Positions 44,725 through 58,481 of a stretch of DNA of 64,000 nt are shown here, one piece after another. The translations under genes were made by a program, and so were the position numbers. Source of the DNA: Amphiscolops sp. MND2022 (lineage: Eukaryota); the NCBI GenBank assembly GCA_964187785.1, contig CAXLNC010001087.1:248001-312000 (forward strand). The letters are read 5' to 3'. The notes under the pieces were generated by a model. The model was not told where the DNA came from. It saw only the letters and a program-made list of their open reading frames with translations, and searched no databases. Positions within the stretch are counted from its first letter, which is position 1. Each line of letters begins with the position of its first letter.

Positions 44725-46240
44725 ATTCGTTCCGAGTAATTTTTTAAGGGACCTACTATGTTCGATTGAAACAAAATATTGCTTATTAGCGGCATTTTGG
44801 TGAATAGTTTGTCTTTGTCGCATAAAATGGTTTTGTTTAGTATACTTCCGTTTTTGTCGATTATTCTTCCGACTCCTTGTGCAAATTTTGTCTTCCTCTC
44901 ATTTGCTATTTAGTAATTTCACTACTCCCATGATGTAGACACAATGTACTGGGTAAGACGGGCCTAACCCAGCCTGCACAGTACGAGTGTCTACTTGGGT
45001 CTTAGTTTTGGTTAACTTTTCTTGGAGCAGGTTACAGCTCTACTTTTACAGACCGTTACAGCTCTACTCTTCAAGGATTGGGTTGAAGTTAACCAAGGAC
45101 CCCAGTGGGCACTCATTTTCAATTTTACAATCTGAATTAGGTAGATTCTCATTCAGTTGTATTTGTTTTCTGATTTTTGTTCTCTTGATGTTTTCCACTA
45201 CCAACCGCACTTCTCAGCCGATTCTCACCAGCACCTTCTAGAAGTTTTCTATGCATTTGTGACCAACACGAACGGCTCCATATTCACATTGTTGGTCCTC
45301 TCACGAAAAATACTGAAGGATGAAACTTCTTTTGGATCGTCATAGGTGAAAGCTTTTTTGGTAACCATCTTCTCTAGAACTTTTTCCTTTTTTTGTAAAC
45401 GTTGACATGAATGGTACTCTCATTCTCGATGTTTCCACGTACCGTTGATCGAAACTTTCAACACCTTGACTTTTGATCGTGAATCTCTGAAATGAATCTG
45501 ACATTGTAGATTGTTTTGGAATAGATTTCACTGTGATTGATGTTTTCAAGTGCTGATATTTTTCCACGTCTCGCCTTCTTAAGTCTCGCGGATGAGTCTG
45601 ATGTGCTGTAAAAATGTTTTGGAATAGATATCACTGTGATTGTTGATGTTTTCAAGTACTGAGATATCTCCACTCCTCGCCTCCTTAAGTCTCGCAAATG
45701 AGTCTGATGTGTTCTGTCGGTTTGAAAAATTGTTGATTATGTCCAGCATTTTAGCTTTTCAAATGTCTTTAACTCTCAAAACTGCTTACTTTAGTGTACT
45801 TCCATAAGGGATAAGTTCTGTCGTTTTGAAAAATTGTTGATTATGTCCAGCATTTTAGCTTTTTAACTCTCCAAATGTCTTCGTTTCGAGTATTATTTTA
45901 GGTGACTTACTATGTTCGATTGAAAAAATATTGCTTACTTGCGGCATTTTGGTGAATAGTTTGTCTTTGTCGCATAAAATGGTTTGTTTAGTATACTTCC
46001 GTTTCTGTCGAATGTTCTTCCGATTCCTTGTGCAAATTTTGTCTTCACTACTTGTGCAAATTTCACTACTCCCATGATAGAGAAACAATGTACTGGGTAA
46101 GACGGGCCTAACCCAGCCTGCACAGTACTAGTGTCTACTGGGGTCTTTGTCATGGTTAACCTCTGTTAGAGCAGGTAGATTAAGCAAATTCTACTCTCCA
46201 TTGTTGGGTTGAGATTAACCAAAGAGACTCCGGTAGACAC
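44725..46240 (+). repeat. Diverged direct duplication (~44725-45130 vs ~45880-46240) following each satellite block
   Basis: Shared tactatgttcgattgaaa...gtcgcataaaatgg...caatgtactgggtaagacgggcctaacccagcctgcacagtac. Confidence 0.85.
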
Positions 46241-49200
46241 TTTATGAACGAGAATACAGTAAAGGTCGTATTTTTAAAGTAATACGACCTGTATACTTTA
46301 GCTCTTTTTGGAGCTTCTTACAGTCTTCTTGTTTTCGTTTCAAAATTCCTAGGACTTATTGTACAACTGTCGTTTCGCAATTCCATGAACTATACAAAGA
46401 ATTCAAGAACCCTTCGCTCTACAGGAACGAGTAGTCCTCTCTCTGGTTTCTGTTGAATTGTACTTTAACTAGAAAAATTCAGCCCTCCCTCTCCAGGATT
46501 TGTGATGCTAATATCTCGCTGTAATAATTGTTGTATTTCGTTGGAGTGAATTATGTCAGTTTTCTATCTCAGCTATTGTTTCAATTTCGTATTTCAATTG
46601 AATCAATTTGATTGTTGGTATTTTCAGCATCTGCAACTTGATTCCGGAAAACTTTTGAGGTCAATTAGTGTACTTAGCTTTGTGTTTTTACTTTATCCTC
46701 AATTACCAACATATGCAGATTGTTGCAATTTCGCGTTGGAATAGATATCACTGTGATTGTTGAGATGTTTTTCAACCTTATCTTTTTAGTTTCCAGACGA
46801 AACTTCCTGAAAGGTAACAGATATCGTGTAAAAACAGACTTTTAAGCTGTACAGGTTGAACATTTTCTGTTGAGTAGTAACAGACTACTACTCAGTATCT
46901 TTCAACTTTTTCCCCACTTGAATTAGCTTCCGCCTCTTCACAATATGACGTGGAACTCAAACTCTTCGTTTGACGAAACTTCACAACATTAGCAAGAGCG
47001 ATTATTAATTATTGAAATTTTGTATTAGAATAGACAGCAGTTTGGCTGATGATATTCATTTTGGAACAGACAAACATAATCTCAATTGCGAACCATCGAG
47101 TACTGCATCCGATAAACGTCATCAATAACATGCTCAGCTCCATCATGGACGCTTTTGACAATGTCTATGCATTGTTTGTTGGCAATTTGTACAGGAATAG
47201 ACAGGATTGTTTTTTTAATTGTCGACCTTGAAAATGCGCGTGAGGCACTAGTTTATGAAGTTCAACTGAATTTTGGCTGTATTGTTGCAATGAAGAGAAT
47301 ATACCAATGTGAGTGTTGCTTCATCTTGCAGTTATTTTTTTGGAGGCAAATCAGAGATTTTTTGTTTTTTAGTGGAAAAACGGACCTTTCCGCAATACTC
47401 AAAGCTCCAAATTGTAGAATTATGTAATGTAGTAAATAGCAGGCTGACTGTCGTTGTTTTTTTGTCGCTCGGTTACTTTTTGATTTGGAAAGCTTGAATG
47501 CAATCCTTATGTACTCTACTTCTCCACAGTTGAATCAAGGTGAATAAATTAGCTTTTCCTTTATTTCCATAGTTTCAATTTGAAAATTTTTGAAATTTCG
47601 TGGTGGAACAAGTGTCACTGTGAATTCTTTTTGTTTTTGAAAAACGTTCTCAATTACATTTTCTAATCAATCTGATAATAGTCTTTTCTTCAAGTGGTAA
47701 TGTTTGCCTCGAACGCACTGAATATCTGATAATTACTGGTAGTGTAAAAGGTATAAAAATGGTCATTAGGTTTTGGCTTTTTAATTGTTAGGTAACGTTG
47801 AAACACCACTTCAAGTAGTTGGCAGTTCACTTATAAGCCTTTTTGACGTTGATTTGCAACGTTTTATTTCAGATTTTCTCGCCTGAAAGTGGTTTGGGAA
47901 CATTGGACTCAATGGATACACATCCTTCCAACTGATGTTCATCTGAAATCCTTTCAAATGCTTGTCTAATGTAAACACTCGTTTAACTTTTTGTTTTGAA
48001 AAATAAAGTTAATTGCTCTATTTTGATGAAGTCTGAAGCATTGATTTTGATTTTCAAAAATTATCCATTATGCAGTGTACTTGTGCTTTCTTTCAGTACT
48101 GACTCTAAGACGTGAAGGAAGTACTCATAAAGGTCCTTTCTCAGTTGCATGATTGTTAAATTTGTACAAAACGCATTAAAATTTTATTCAATCTAATGTT
48201 ATATCTTTTTTGGTAGTATTAATCCGTTAGCAACATTAGGTCTCGTTTTTGTTTTCAACTGGATACATCTCAATGCAAGTGAAAAAAGTGAATCTCTGAG
48301 ATTGACATTTAACTTGCAAAAACAATTTGTCAATAAGATCATTGGTCCTCCATGTAGACAATCTTGTTTCCCTCAGTTGCCATTTCCAAATTAAATAAGT
48401 ACGATTCGATGAAAAAAAATCTCACACGACAGTTTTCCTATTTTTGTAAACCAACCACAGTAACAACCTTCTAATGTTTTCCTGAACGAGTTTCACACCA
48501 ATTTTGATTGACACTACTCTTGACTGTCGGAAATCTGAGAATTGGACGGTATTCTCGTATACATTTTGAATTGCAGCAACATTCAATTTTCACACTACAA
48601 AACAATAACAATTTTTTTTTAAAAAAAATTATCAGTAGATTTACAAGATGAAGGTTTCAAAAAGTTTTTAAATTGCGTTGATAGAGATGCTCAGAAAATG
48701 TTCAAGATAATTCTGATTTCTAGAGTTTGCAACAATATTTTTCGAGTGACAAGACCAACAACCTATGAACTGATTACAAAGATTGTCTCGAAAAAGTATG
48801 CTTGTGTGTGGATTCCACCTAATATATTATGTTGCTTGTTTTAATAGTTTTTATTCATCAATTTTAGACAGTAATGAAATTTAATGTAATTAGCATCGAA
48901 GTTGAATTTACTTCTTGTAGTCTTTCGGTTTTGAAAAAGCAACAAAGGAATACTAAATTATCCAGACATTAAAGTTTAGGTTTCATAAAAAAAGAAAGTT
49001 GGGCTTCTTGAGCTTCAAACATGATGAATAGGTTTTCTCGCGCTCGTTTTGGCGGTGAGTACACTTGTTCGTCATTGGGCGTGTCAGACGATAAGAAACC
49101 TGGGTCAGGTATATCTTCTTTCTCGTTTTGTGTGCTTCTTTTATATGACACAACAAAGTGCTTCTCGTCCATTGATATCGTTGGATCAATTAAAATCTCT

Positions 49201-49249
49201 GGCAATATACTTTTTGGCGATGAGTGGGGTATTTCATAATGCCCAAAAG

Positions 49250-52200
49250 TTAGGGTTTCATTCCATCTTCTTCAATGTATCGCTTGTTATCAGCACTGTT
49301 CAAAACAATTTTGTTGCATTCCTCAACGAAAAGCTCCAAGTTGTGAGACTTCATTGTTCGCATTTTCTCTCTGATCGTTAGCTTTTCAGACAGGACTCTT
49401 TTGTATAGATCGTGATGGAGAGCTTTCTGTACTATCTTCGTACCAGCTTTTGCACACTTTTTGGATTTTACTGATGATTTGATGCTGTACATTTTTGCTC
49501 TCAGTCCGATATACTCGCTGATGATTCCACTATTCATCTCGTCTTTCTATTTCAGTACTACTTTCTTGTTTTTATCGCTGTGCAAATGGTGATCAATTGG
49601 ATAATCTGAAAAGTCAAACTCGTCTTGGATTTTTTGAAAGTCTTCGTACAAATTTTCCGTCTCAATTGCTAACAAAAGCAAGTCTGTGTCTGAGTAGAGA
49701 AGTTTTGCCTTGTCTCCATAAGTTGGTTTTATTGTTTGATACAGAAACTTGTACATGACCAACTTGAACAAATCCAAAACTGTAGCTCCAATGTATGTAG
49801 GTTTGTTCCAGGTTACTATCGACTTACCCATAATCAAAGCACATAGATTCGGTTGAAAAATTTTGAAAGATTTGAAGTTGGGTTTGCTAATAAACTTTTC
49901 ACAATGGGTGTCATCTGTGAAAAGCTTTATATTTTGACGATCCGTCAAATCTTCCATGGATTTCCCAAAAACTGAATTGTTTAACAATTTTCCGAGATCT
50001 TTCAAACAATCAATTTTTGCTTTACGCCGAATTTCTGTGTTGATGTCAATATAGCATTTCATCCATTTGCTCTGCCTAAATTTGATAATTTTATGAACTT
50101 TTACCACTTGTAACCCATGAGAAACGTAAAATTTCAAAATCCTGTAGTGGCAAACGTAATATTCCTTTGTGTTAAATGTTTGCAAAAGCTTGAATGTTTC
50201 CCCTGACTCACACTTCTCTCGTGCTTGTGAAGGTGAGAGCATTTCTTTTGTTATTTTTAATTGCTCTGGTGCCAAGGGACAATCATTGTGTTGATCGTGT
50301 AATTCTTTTGGATATTCCAAATCAACAACAACGAAAAATCCAAAATCAGCATCGTCAGCAGTTGCTAATACAGTTGCAAGAGAATCCGTTGTTTCTGAAA
50401 AGTTGCCAATGGGTAAACTTTCACGCATTACTCCTCCATAGAGTTTATTAGCGTCTAATAAAATCATCCAGGTTTTTGGCTCTGTGGCGTTATAATTTTC
50501 ACATTGTGGATTATTCGCTTTGAAAAATCTACTGTGAAAAACACCACATATTCCACCCCTGATTTCTCTCTTCACAATATCAAGATGGTCTTTTTCTGAT
50601 AGTAAATCCAATTCAACCTTTGTTGTTTTGAGCATTGCTTCCCATGCAAAATTAGGAGCTGTAAGAAAGTGTGCTGGGTCCAGCCCAAAATTGCTGTAAG
50701 CCAGTTGTCGAAAGTTCTCAAATACGTCGGCTAGGGTGTAAACATCAACTTGAAGATAAAAATCATGATATTCCCCCAGATTTTTTATACCTAGGCAGTG
50801 CCACACCTTTTTAGCGTGCTGGTAGTCTTGATCCGATATCGGTTCATTGGATAAAGTGTCAATCCAGATGGGGGAAAGTTCGGTTTCTTGGAACTTGTCA
50901 AATGAGTCCATATAGCTATAAGGGTAAACTCTTTTCTGAAGAATTAGATTTTGCTGATCTTGTGAGAAATGACTGAAACCTTCTTTGAAGGTAGCAAAGG
51001 GAACATTATCAGTCTTCATTGTTTCAATAATTCTGCTCAATGACTTTGCTTGGAATCGGAAACTATCAAAAAACTTGAGCTTTTCAAATGTAATTACTTG
51101 TTGATTTTGGTCATTCTGGAAAGACCCTGTTGGTACACAAATTGAAAAGCTGATGAATTTTTCAGAGTTGTTTGCAATGCACTCTAGTTTTTTGTTATCG
51201 TCTCCAGACCGATAATACCTCAGAACTTGCCTAAAATCATACTTTGAGCCATTGTGAAAAATAACTGGAGTGAAGTTTGGTGTTCTGCATGATATGTTAC
51301 ACTTACTATGGGCTATGCTCCGCAGTTTACCGGTAACATGATTATGCTCAAAAACCCTGTCGTCTCCGAGTGTTTCGTCACAAATAGAACAATCAACAGC
51401 ATCTCTCAACTTTGTAAAATCACTATATTTCTTTTGGTAAAAAGGAAATCTTCTCTTGTCTCGATATATTTCTTTAGCCCAATTTCGAACCGTGTCCAAA
51501 AAACCCGTGACACACCCCTCACTCCGACTGGAATATTGCTTTATCAGTTTCCCTTTTTCATTTAAGCATTTTGCGTGAATGCCACAAGGTATTTGTTTTT
51601 CAACTTGTCGTGCATGTAATTGGTTGGGTGTGTAGGTAATTTTAGGTGTGATGGCCTCTATGTCTGCATAAATAACAAACAGGACTCGCATTCTTGCTGC
51701 AACATTTTCCAAGCCATCTTACCTTTTTGTTTCATCTTTATTCGGCAAGGTTGTTCAGAACACATGAGTTGATGATTCTTGAAGCGACTCAAGCTTGAAC
51801 TTCCAGTCAAACAACGGCGACAGTAAAATTGATTCTTTTTCTTTGTTACTCGTCGCATAAACCCATTGAAAATTGTAATTAAACAGTAGTGATAACGGCC
51901 ATCGTCCTCAAGTAGCAACAAATCCACCGGAAATCCATTTTTGTTGGAATTTGGAATAGGATAAATTTCCTTATTCAGAGCAAAAACATTAATTGATAAA
52001 TCATTAGCTCCTTCAATCCTGCCAATGTCTTTAATTGCCACAGGATTCTCCGCGTCACATAAGTCAATTTTTTGAAACTTTTCTTATGTGCTGGTACGAC
52101 TCTTCTTGTTTTTTATATCGCGATAATGTCTTGCTGCGAGAATACAAAGCTCAAAACAGTTATTTGTCTTGATTGTTCGGATGTTAAGCAAGAAGTTATT

Positions 52201-52797
52201 GTTCGAAAACTTGGTTGGTGTTGGTATAAACCTTCCAGCTCTGATGGGCTTGTTTCGAGCAAAATTAATACCCAATTTTAAAATCTTCTTAACACTCCAT
52301 CCAGAGCCATGCTGACAGAAGTTTTCTAACTGTTTCAGAATGTGATGTTTAATTTCGTTGAAGGTTTCGCTCGAGAGACCCTCTGAATAAACAGCTTGCA
52401 TTTTTGAATTGAAACAAGTCTCAATTTCCAATTCAGTAGTTGGTTTGTATAATAAGACACACAAGGATAATTGTATTTTCAAACTAGTTGCCTCTTGTAA
52501 GTTTTTGATAATTAATGAATGGAGGATCGGATAGAAGTTATTTAGGAAAATAATGGGATGGAGAATTGTACTTTTTGGTTTGAAAGAAAAAACTTTCAAG
52601 TAATTTCGTGTGGTATTCTCTTCAAAATCATAATCATTGCTGGCAGTTGTGTTCTCTCTTGTTGTTTCTGAGTTAGTTTGAGATTTTAACTCACGGTCGT
52701 TCGAATTATCTTTGTGTTTTTGGTGTACGTGTCTGTTCAGATTTCGTTTGTGTTTGTAACATTTTAAGCAAGTTTCACAGCAAAATTTTCTGTCCAT
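49250..52797 (-). pseudogene. polB: Protein-primed family B DNA polymerase (Polinton type), ~1180 codons in four pieces
   Basis: ExoI YADIEA, ExoII FHNGSKYD, ExoIII YLQVD, polA LDANKLYG, polB KLLNNSVFGK, polC YSDTD(L), GLRAKMYS. EndoVII-like insert CSIC...EHNHVTGKLRSIAHSKCN. N-terminal C2H2 finger. Two frameshifts and an in-frame stop at 49547. Confidence 0.92.
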
Positions 52798-55700
52798 AAT
52801 GGAGGAGCGACTGGAAGGGTAGAATATACAACTTGTATTTGCAACAAAAGCTTTCAGTCTGTTTTTTCAGAAAAATTCACTAGGTATTGGTCAAAATGTT
52901 GGAAAGTTGGGATAGTCACTTCCTATTGGTCGCAATATTAAATATGTTTCCCTGTTGTGATCTTATTCACATGGAATTTACAATCATTCATGTTTCAAGA
53001 CATTCTTTTGTAGTTTTTCCGGAAAATTCTGTTCTTGACCTCAGAGAAGTTGTTTCTACTGAAAATTAAATACTAGAGAATTCATATATAACTTATTTGT
53101 TCTTTGTTTATGTATAGTTTTAGTTGTAGTTATAGTTAAGCTATTTTTGACCTCAGAAAGTGACCTCCTCTTGAAAAGGGCTTTATGACTAGCAAGTTTC
53201 AGGTAAGGTGAAGTTTTTCTTAAACTCAAGCAGTTGTTTTTCTCTGGACCTTAAAAAGATACAAAACACGTAGTGAATTTCGATTTAACTCTGAGTCTCA
53301 AGACATTACTCATGTTCATAGTTAGTATAATCTTTAACCTCAGGAAAGTAATCTTCTTTTGAAAAAGAAAACGAAATAAAAGCGATATTCAATTCAAATA
53401 TTGAGTCTTGATTGATTAGTTTCATTATTTGATCGTGAAGGTTATAAACAAAGTCATTGAAAACAAACCTTCGTTAGTTATGAATCATAAATTTATGAAT
53501 TTCAACACTTTGTTTCACGATTGAATTGGAACGAAAGCTTTATTACACTAAAACCAAACAAAGGCATAGACTTTTGATTCATTTTCGAAGCATCTAACAC
53601 ATGTTTTAGGAAACGCTCAAGGAGTTCAAGTAATTATCACCAAGTCAAGTAATTAGGGCATGCTTCATGGCATAGATGATTATTCCATATTCACTTCTTA
53701 CACTCTCTACCAACTGGAAACGTAGGCTCCAAAGAGCTTGTTCGTATCCTTGCAAGTTGTCTCCATCCACATAATATTGGATTGGGGTTACTGTAGTTGA
53801 TGAGTTCAACCTTGGGACAACAAAATCGAATTTTGCTTTTACAGGAGGGGCGGATGAGAAAAAAACGTTTGAGTTGCTCTTGAATTGTTACTGTCCAAAC
53901 GAAAGGTCCACTATTCGATTTTCTGGCAACTTCTTGAAAGTATCGGGAATAAAAACTGCAGGATCCATATAAAAAAATTATGTAGTACCTGAAGCAACAT
54001 ATGTAAAAGACAAATTGCGACTTGGGTGAGATACTTGAAACAGTTTAAAAATCGAGTGTTTTACTTACTTGATATCTGAGTTAAAAGTCGTTGCTTCTAT
54101 AGTTTGTTTTACTTCCAAAAGTGTGGTCTTCCTTGTTAAACCACCATCGATAGCTACCTCCACCATTACCATCTCCTCTTGAACTAGGTATTGACCAAAC
54201 AATTTTGTGTTGTTGCTTGTAAACGTCATTTCGAAGCGTTTCGAAGGTTTTGAAAAAAAGAAACTGGATTTTTCGAAGAAGAACGGTCTAGCTAACAATA
54301 AAGTGATCCTGATAGTCGGTTGGCTTTCTTGAAATGGTAATGGGAGAAATTAAAATGGCTGGAATATTTGTTAAACACCTTCCTATTGGCCATATTTCAG
54401 TGTTAGTCTTTTTCTTCCAATCAAGAAATCAATTTCTATAACCTTCAATAACAAACTGTGAATAATTTTTTGTTAGTATTCTTGGGTATTCATTTCAAAT
54501 TTGAAACATTCCATCATTGATTATGCATACAACAAAGTCCAAACTATTCTGACATATTATTGCAATTAGATCAAACAATTCTTTCAACTCGTCAGCAAAA
54601 CCGTCAACATCGGAACCAAATACGCTGTACAAAGTATGTTTATTGGTTGTCCTGTTGTTACATTTTCCACCATAGTCGATTTAAGTTTTGCACCTTAAAC
54701 ATGTTGAAATTTAATGAAATATTAGATTTTTTTTTGAATCGTTCTTTCAAATTACCTGTTTTGTTTGGAAACAATTCATAAACATCAAATAACCACCACT
54801 GGAATCCAAAACTCACTCATAAATTGTTCGAGCCATTCTTTGAAATAGTCACTGTCTGTTCGTTGGTATATAATAAGATACCTGTAAAATTGTTGTTAAT
54901 GAAAAAGTATACATATCATTTCTCTAATAACTAGATATAACAACCAGAAGTTTTCACTTGGCTTTTGAACATATATTGAAACAATCAACTCCTGGAGTGT
55001 AGCTTCCCGTATCATTTAATCACAACTCCATAAGTCATAGTAATTGAAGTACTGAAATGTTTGCTAAAACTCATATTAAGGAAGTGCTAGGGTGCAAACA
55101 GTATTAATTGTTATACATTTTACCCAAGAATTCAGATGCAATTCCATAACTTGAAGTGGTTTTCACTATACTTGAAGAAAATCTTCACTATAATAGCTGT
55201 AGACATTCATGAACAGGATCTACTTTTATTAACTTTAACCGAAAGTGGTGGCGATGTCACGATTACTCTCGAATTTATGTCCCCCGCGTGGATTGAGTTA
55301 ACACTTTATTTTCACCATCACAAGAGTCTGAAGGCAGTCCCTCGAAGCGAAAAATTACGTTATCTTTTTATGCGAAAGCGACTTACAGATCTCTTTGAAA
55401 TCCAGAAACCTCCTTTTATGGATTGAGTGTTTTCTCAAAATTATATTCCAAATTAACTTCAGAAACGAATTTCTCGCCGTTAGTTAACATCTTGACTCAA
55501 TTATTTAACCAAGCTCTTGAAGTCACTCGATGATAACTTCTTGATGAAAATATTTGCTGGCTCAAAATATTGAAAAGGACGCGGCGCACCCTCTTTATTG
55601 ACACACAAGTCAAAACTTTACGATTTTTAAACAAGAACCACTTAAGAATTCGCCCCCAGCGCAAGTGGTAAAAATAACAAATGGTACTGTACACATATAA

Positions 55701-58481
55701 CCCCACCACGTGAGTAATAAAGCCACACCTATATAAACCAGTGTGAATTTCAAGGTAATATTCCCACACCAAGTCTTAATTTCAAGGTAACCCCCCCTCG
55801 TATAAATTTGTTCAAATTCACGAAAACGGAGCAAAAGTGACCCAGGGTTCCTACTTTTATGACTACTACTATAGCTATAGATTCCTTAATGTGAAGAAAA
55901 CGAAGAACAGCGAATTTAGCAAAGAAATGTTTCATTGAAAACCTAGAGATTGCTTTTCAAATGGTTCTGAACCTACTTTCAAGTAACTGTGTCCATCTTG
56001 TTGTTTTCCTTATTGTAAATGTATCAGTGTATTACATCCAAGGCTATTAATTTGCAGTGGTGAGTATTGATGTATTAAATGTTTCAGAGATTAGCATTCA
56101 TGTTTTCTCATGTTTCAGTCAGAAACATTGATTTTTGAAATGTTTCAGTGATCAATATCCATGGGTTGGATGGGTCACACCGCGTCCCTGATCGACTGAG
56201 ATGGGTGATCTCCAGCAAACTGTTGTACCTGTTTTGCATGACACCCTGTGCAGTGGAAAAAGTGCGCCCTCTTGAGTCCGACCAACAGTCGCAGCGTAAA
56301 CCAGGAATCATGCTATTGGCCAGCTTTATTGGAGTTTTCTTGCAGGTTTTCTAAGAGCCTGTTGCTTTGGCAACGCAGGAAGTTTCTAAATGACCAATTT
56401 TTGAAGGAGTCTCTATAACTAAACTTGAAAAAATCTTGAAAAAAAACAAGAGTTGTTTCAAAAATTTCACCTTCAATCACTGCAACTGTTCATGACATTT
56501 CACTGTGAAACATTCTACACGTTTCAATAATGAAAATTAAACTTGGCAATCGCTGGTACTTGAGTACGTTTCTGAAGTCACCAAAATTTTTAGGTTCTTT
56601 CATTTTTTTTTCGAAAAAAAATACAAAAACTTCAGGTCCTTGAAACCTAGATCACTGAGCCTGCTTGCATGAAGAAAAACCTGTGTATTAAAAAACCGTT
56701 ATTGAATACCATGATTCCACCTCAGATCATACGTTCCACAACAAACTTTTCGCTCCTCGAGAAAAGGTCCAAAAGCAAAGTGATGTCACAATTGTGAAAC
56801 CTGACTCACAGAGGGATAGAAACAGGGATTGGAAATTTTGAGATTATTGAGGGATTATTTCACAAGATGAACACTTTTGGAATTTTTTGTGAGTGGTAGT
56901 GTTCAAGCAACTAGTTACACTGTATACATCTCACGGTTATTTGGAATATTTAACGGTAGGTCGCCAGGCCAATAGTTGACTTGACCTAATAGTGACCTAA
57001 ATGACTTAATAGTAGTACAAAAAGTAAAAGAAGGAGGCGACAAATTTCAAAAAAATTGTTTAGAAAAGCATTAAAAAGTCAATAAGTTAGAAATATTGCT
57101 CTACATCTTTTTTGATGTTTGGGCATTGCTCAATTTTAGATGCTTACTGATCTTCCACCATTTGTCTCAAAAAGTATACCTAACAGTCTAATTTGTTTTT
57201 GTTTTTTTTTCTTTTGAATATTGCAGCTTTTTACAGCAGCCCAAATTTTGATGTTTGCGCTAAAAGTATTTAACCCTTCTGCTACAAGGTGCTCCAACAA
57301 TAAGAATGTTTTGGTATGTGGCCCCAAAAACATATTATTTTTGCTCAGAGTACACAACTACACTTATTATTTTTTGCTCGTATCGAGAATCAAACATAAG
57401 TAACAAAGCATCAAAATGCGTTTTCCAACGAATTTTAAGTCAAAACTGTGCTTCCAACCGCAAGTGGGAAACGCGTTCTTTAATTGTTCTATTCTAGCAA
57501 ACTAGGATTTAAGAGAAGAAAGATTTTTAAAAAGTAATCTTTTTTGTATAGTCTAGAATGTAGATATCCAAAATAGTATAAATGAAATATCTGATTCAGT
57601 TTTGTTGTAGCTTTTATTTGTCAACACTGGTTGGTATTCTAGACGTATAAACTAGAGTTCTTTAAACCGAAACTCGGCAAGGTCATGAACCGGAATGAAC
57701 CCGAATATAACATTTCCCCCTCTTTCTTCTTCTCTTTCTCAATTCTGGTTTGAGGGTCCTGGGGGTGTATCTTCTTCTGGTAGAAAATCTGCCGGCTTTT
57801 GGGTTTTCTCCGGCTGTGGCGTTCCTTTCGTTCGGGTCCACGGGTTTCCTGTAACAAATACAATTTTTTAAAACATTTTTATTTCTAACCCCAAAAGTTT
57901 CCAGTGTATGGTATAGTACCGTATCTATTCGGTTTTTTACTATCTCGGGTGGACCGTCTTATATTTCTTTCTATATTCTCACCCGATATCTCGCCGTCGG
58001 TATGTAGTTGTAGTGCATCTTCTTCCGGGTTAGTCCGGACTGGTATGTATCACCCGTCCCGTTCTGAGGTACCGTATACCTTCGGTGTCGGTGTCCCGAC
58101 TTCTTCCGGCATCTCTTCGTCTTCATCATAATCGTCTTCTTCTGTATCACTTGTTGTTTGTTTTCGGGCTTTGACGAGTTTCAATTTTCCCTTCAATATA
58201 TCCCGGAGTATCTCGTCCCATCTGCCGTATTTGCCATCGAGACCTCGGAACAGTGTCTATTCTTTGGGTTTATTTCACCGGTGGCATTTATTGTTGACTC
58301 TCTTCGTGTTTTCTTTTCGGTCTGAAATAATGGTCCCGAAATAAATTTTCGGTTGATGACTTTTCCGGTATCCGTTTTTACGGTGTTTTCGGTTCCGCTT
58401 ATTGCGGTTTGTATTTTGTTTTGGAATCTCCCCTCTAAGGCTTTTTTGTTATGATTTTTTTCAACAAATGAAAAAGGGTAT

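Larger units (their letters stand above)
41904..55867. mobile_element. Decayed Polinton/Maverick-like DNA element (13,964 bp)
   Basis: Imperfect ~85-bp TIRs (41904-41988, 55783-55867) beginning AGTAGTCATAAAAGTAGGAACCC. 6-bp TSD ACTATA (41898-41903, 55868-55873). Internal protein-primed PolB. Confidence 0.85.

Noticed and set aside
44940-44985. Twister or HDV-like ribozyme call for the hairpin core (GCCTAACNNNGCC resembles part of the twister consensus)
   Set aside because: The remaining conserved twister and HDV elements and pseudoknot partners were not found. It is kept only as a generic structured-motif finding.
53700-55060. Possible host exons on the minus strand, with weak fibrinogen-domain-like words (QRTDSDYFKEW, GGGSYRWWFNK, LIRP) and splice-like edges
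   Set aside because: I could not assemble a continuous frame or the correct motif order, and stops interrupt the candidates. It needs a frameshift-aware HMM search.
56100-56360. GC-richer patch with short ORFs on both strands
   Set aside because: No recognisable motif, repeat partner or supported splice structure.
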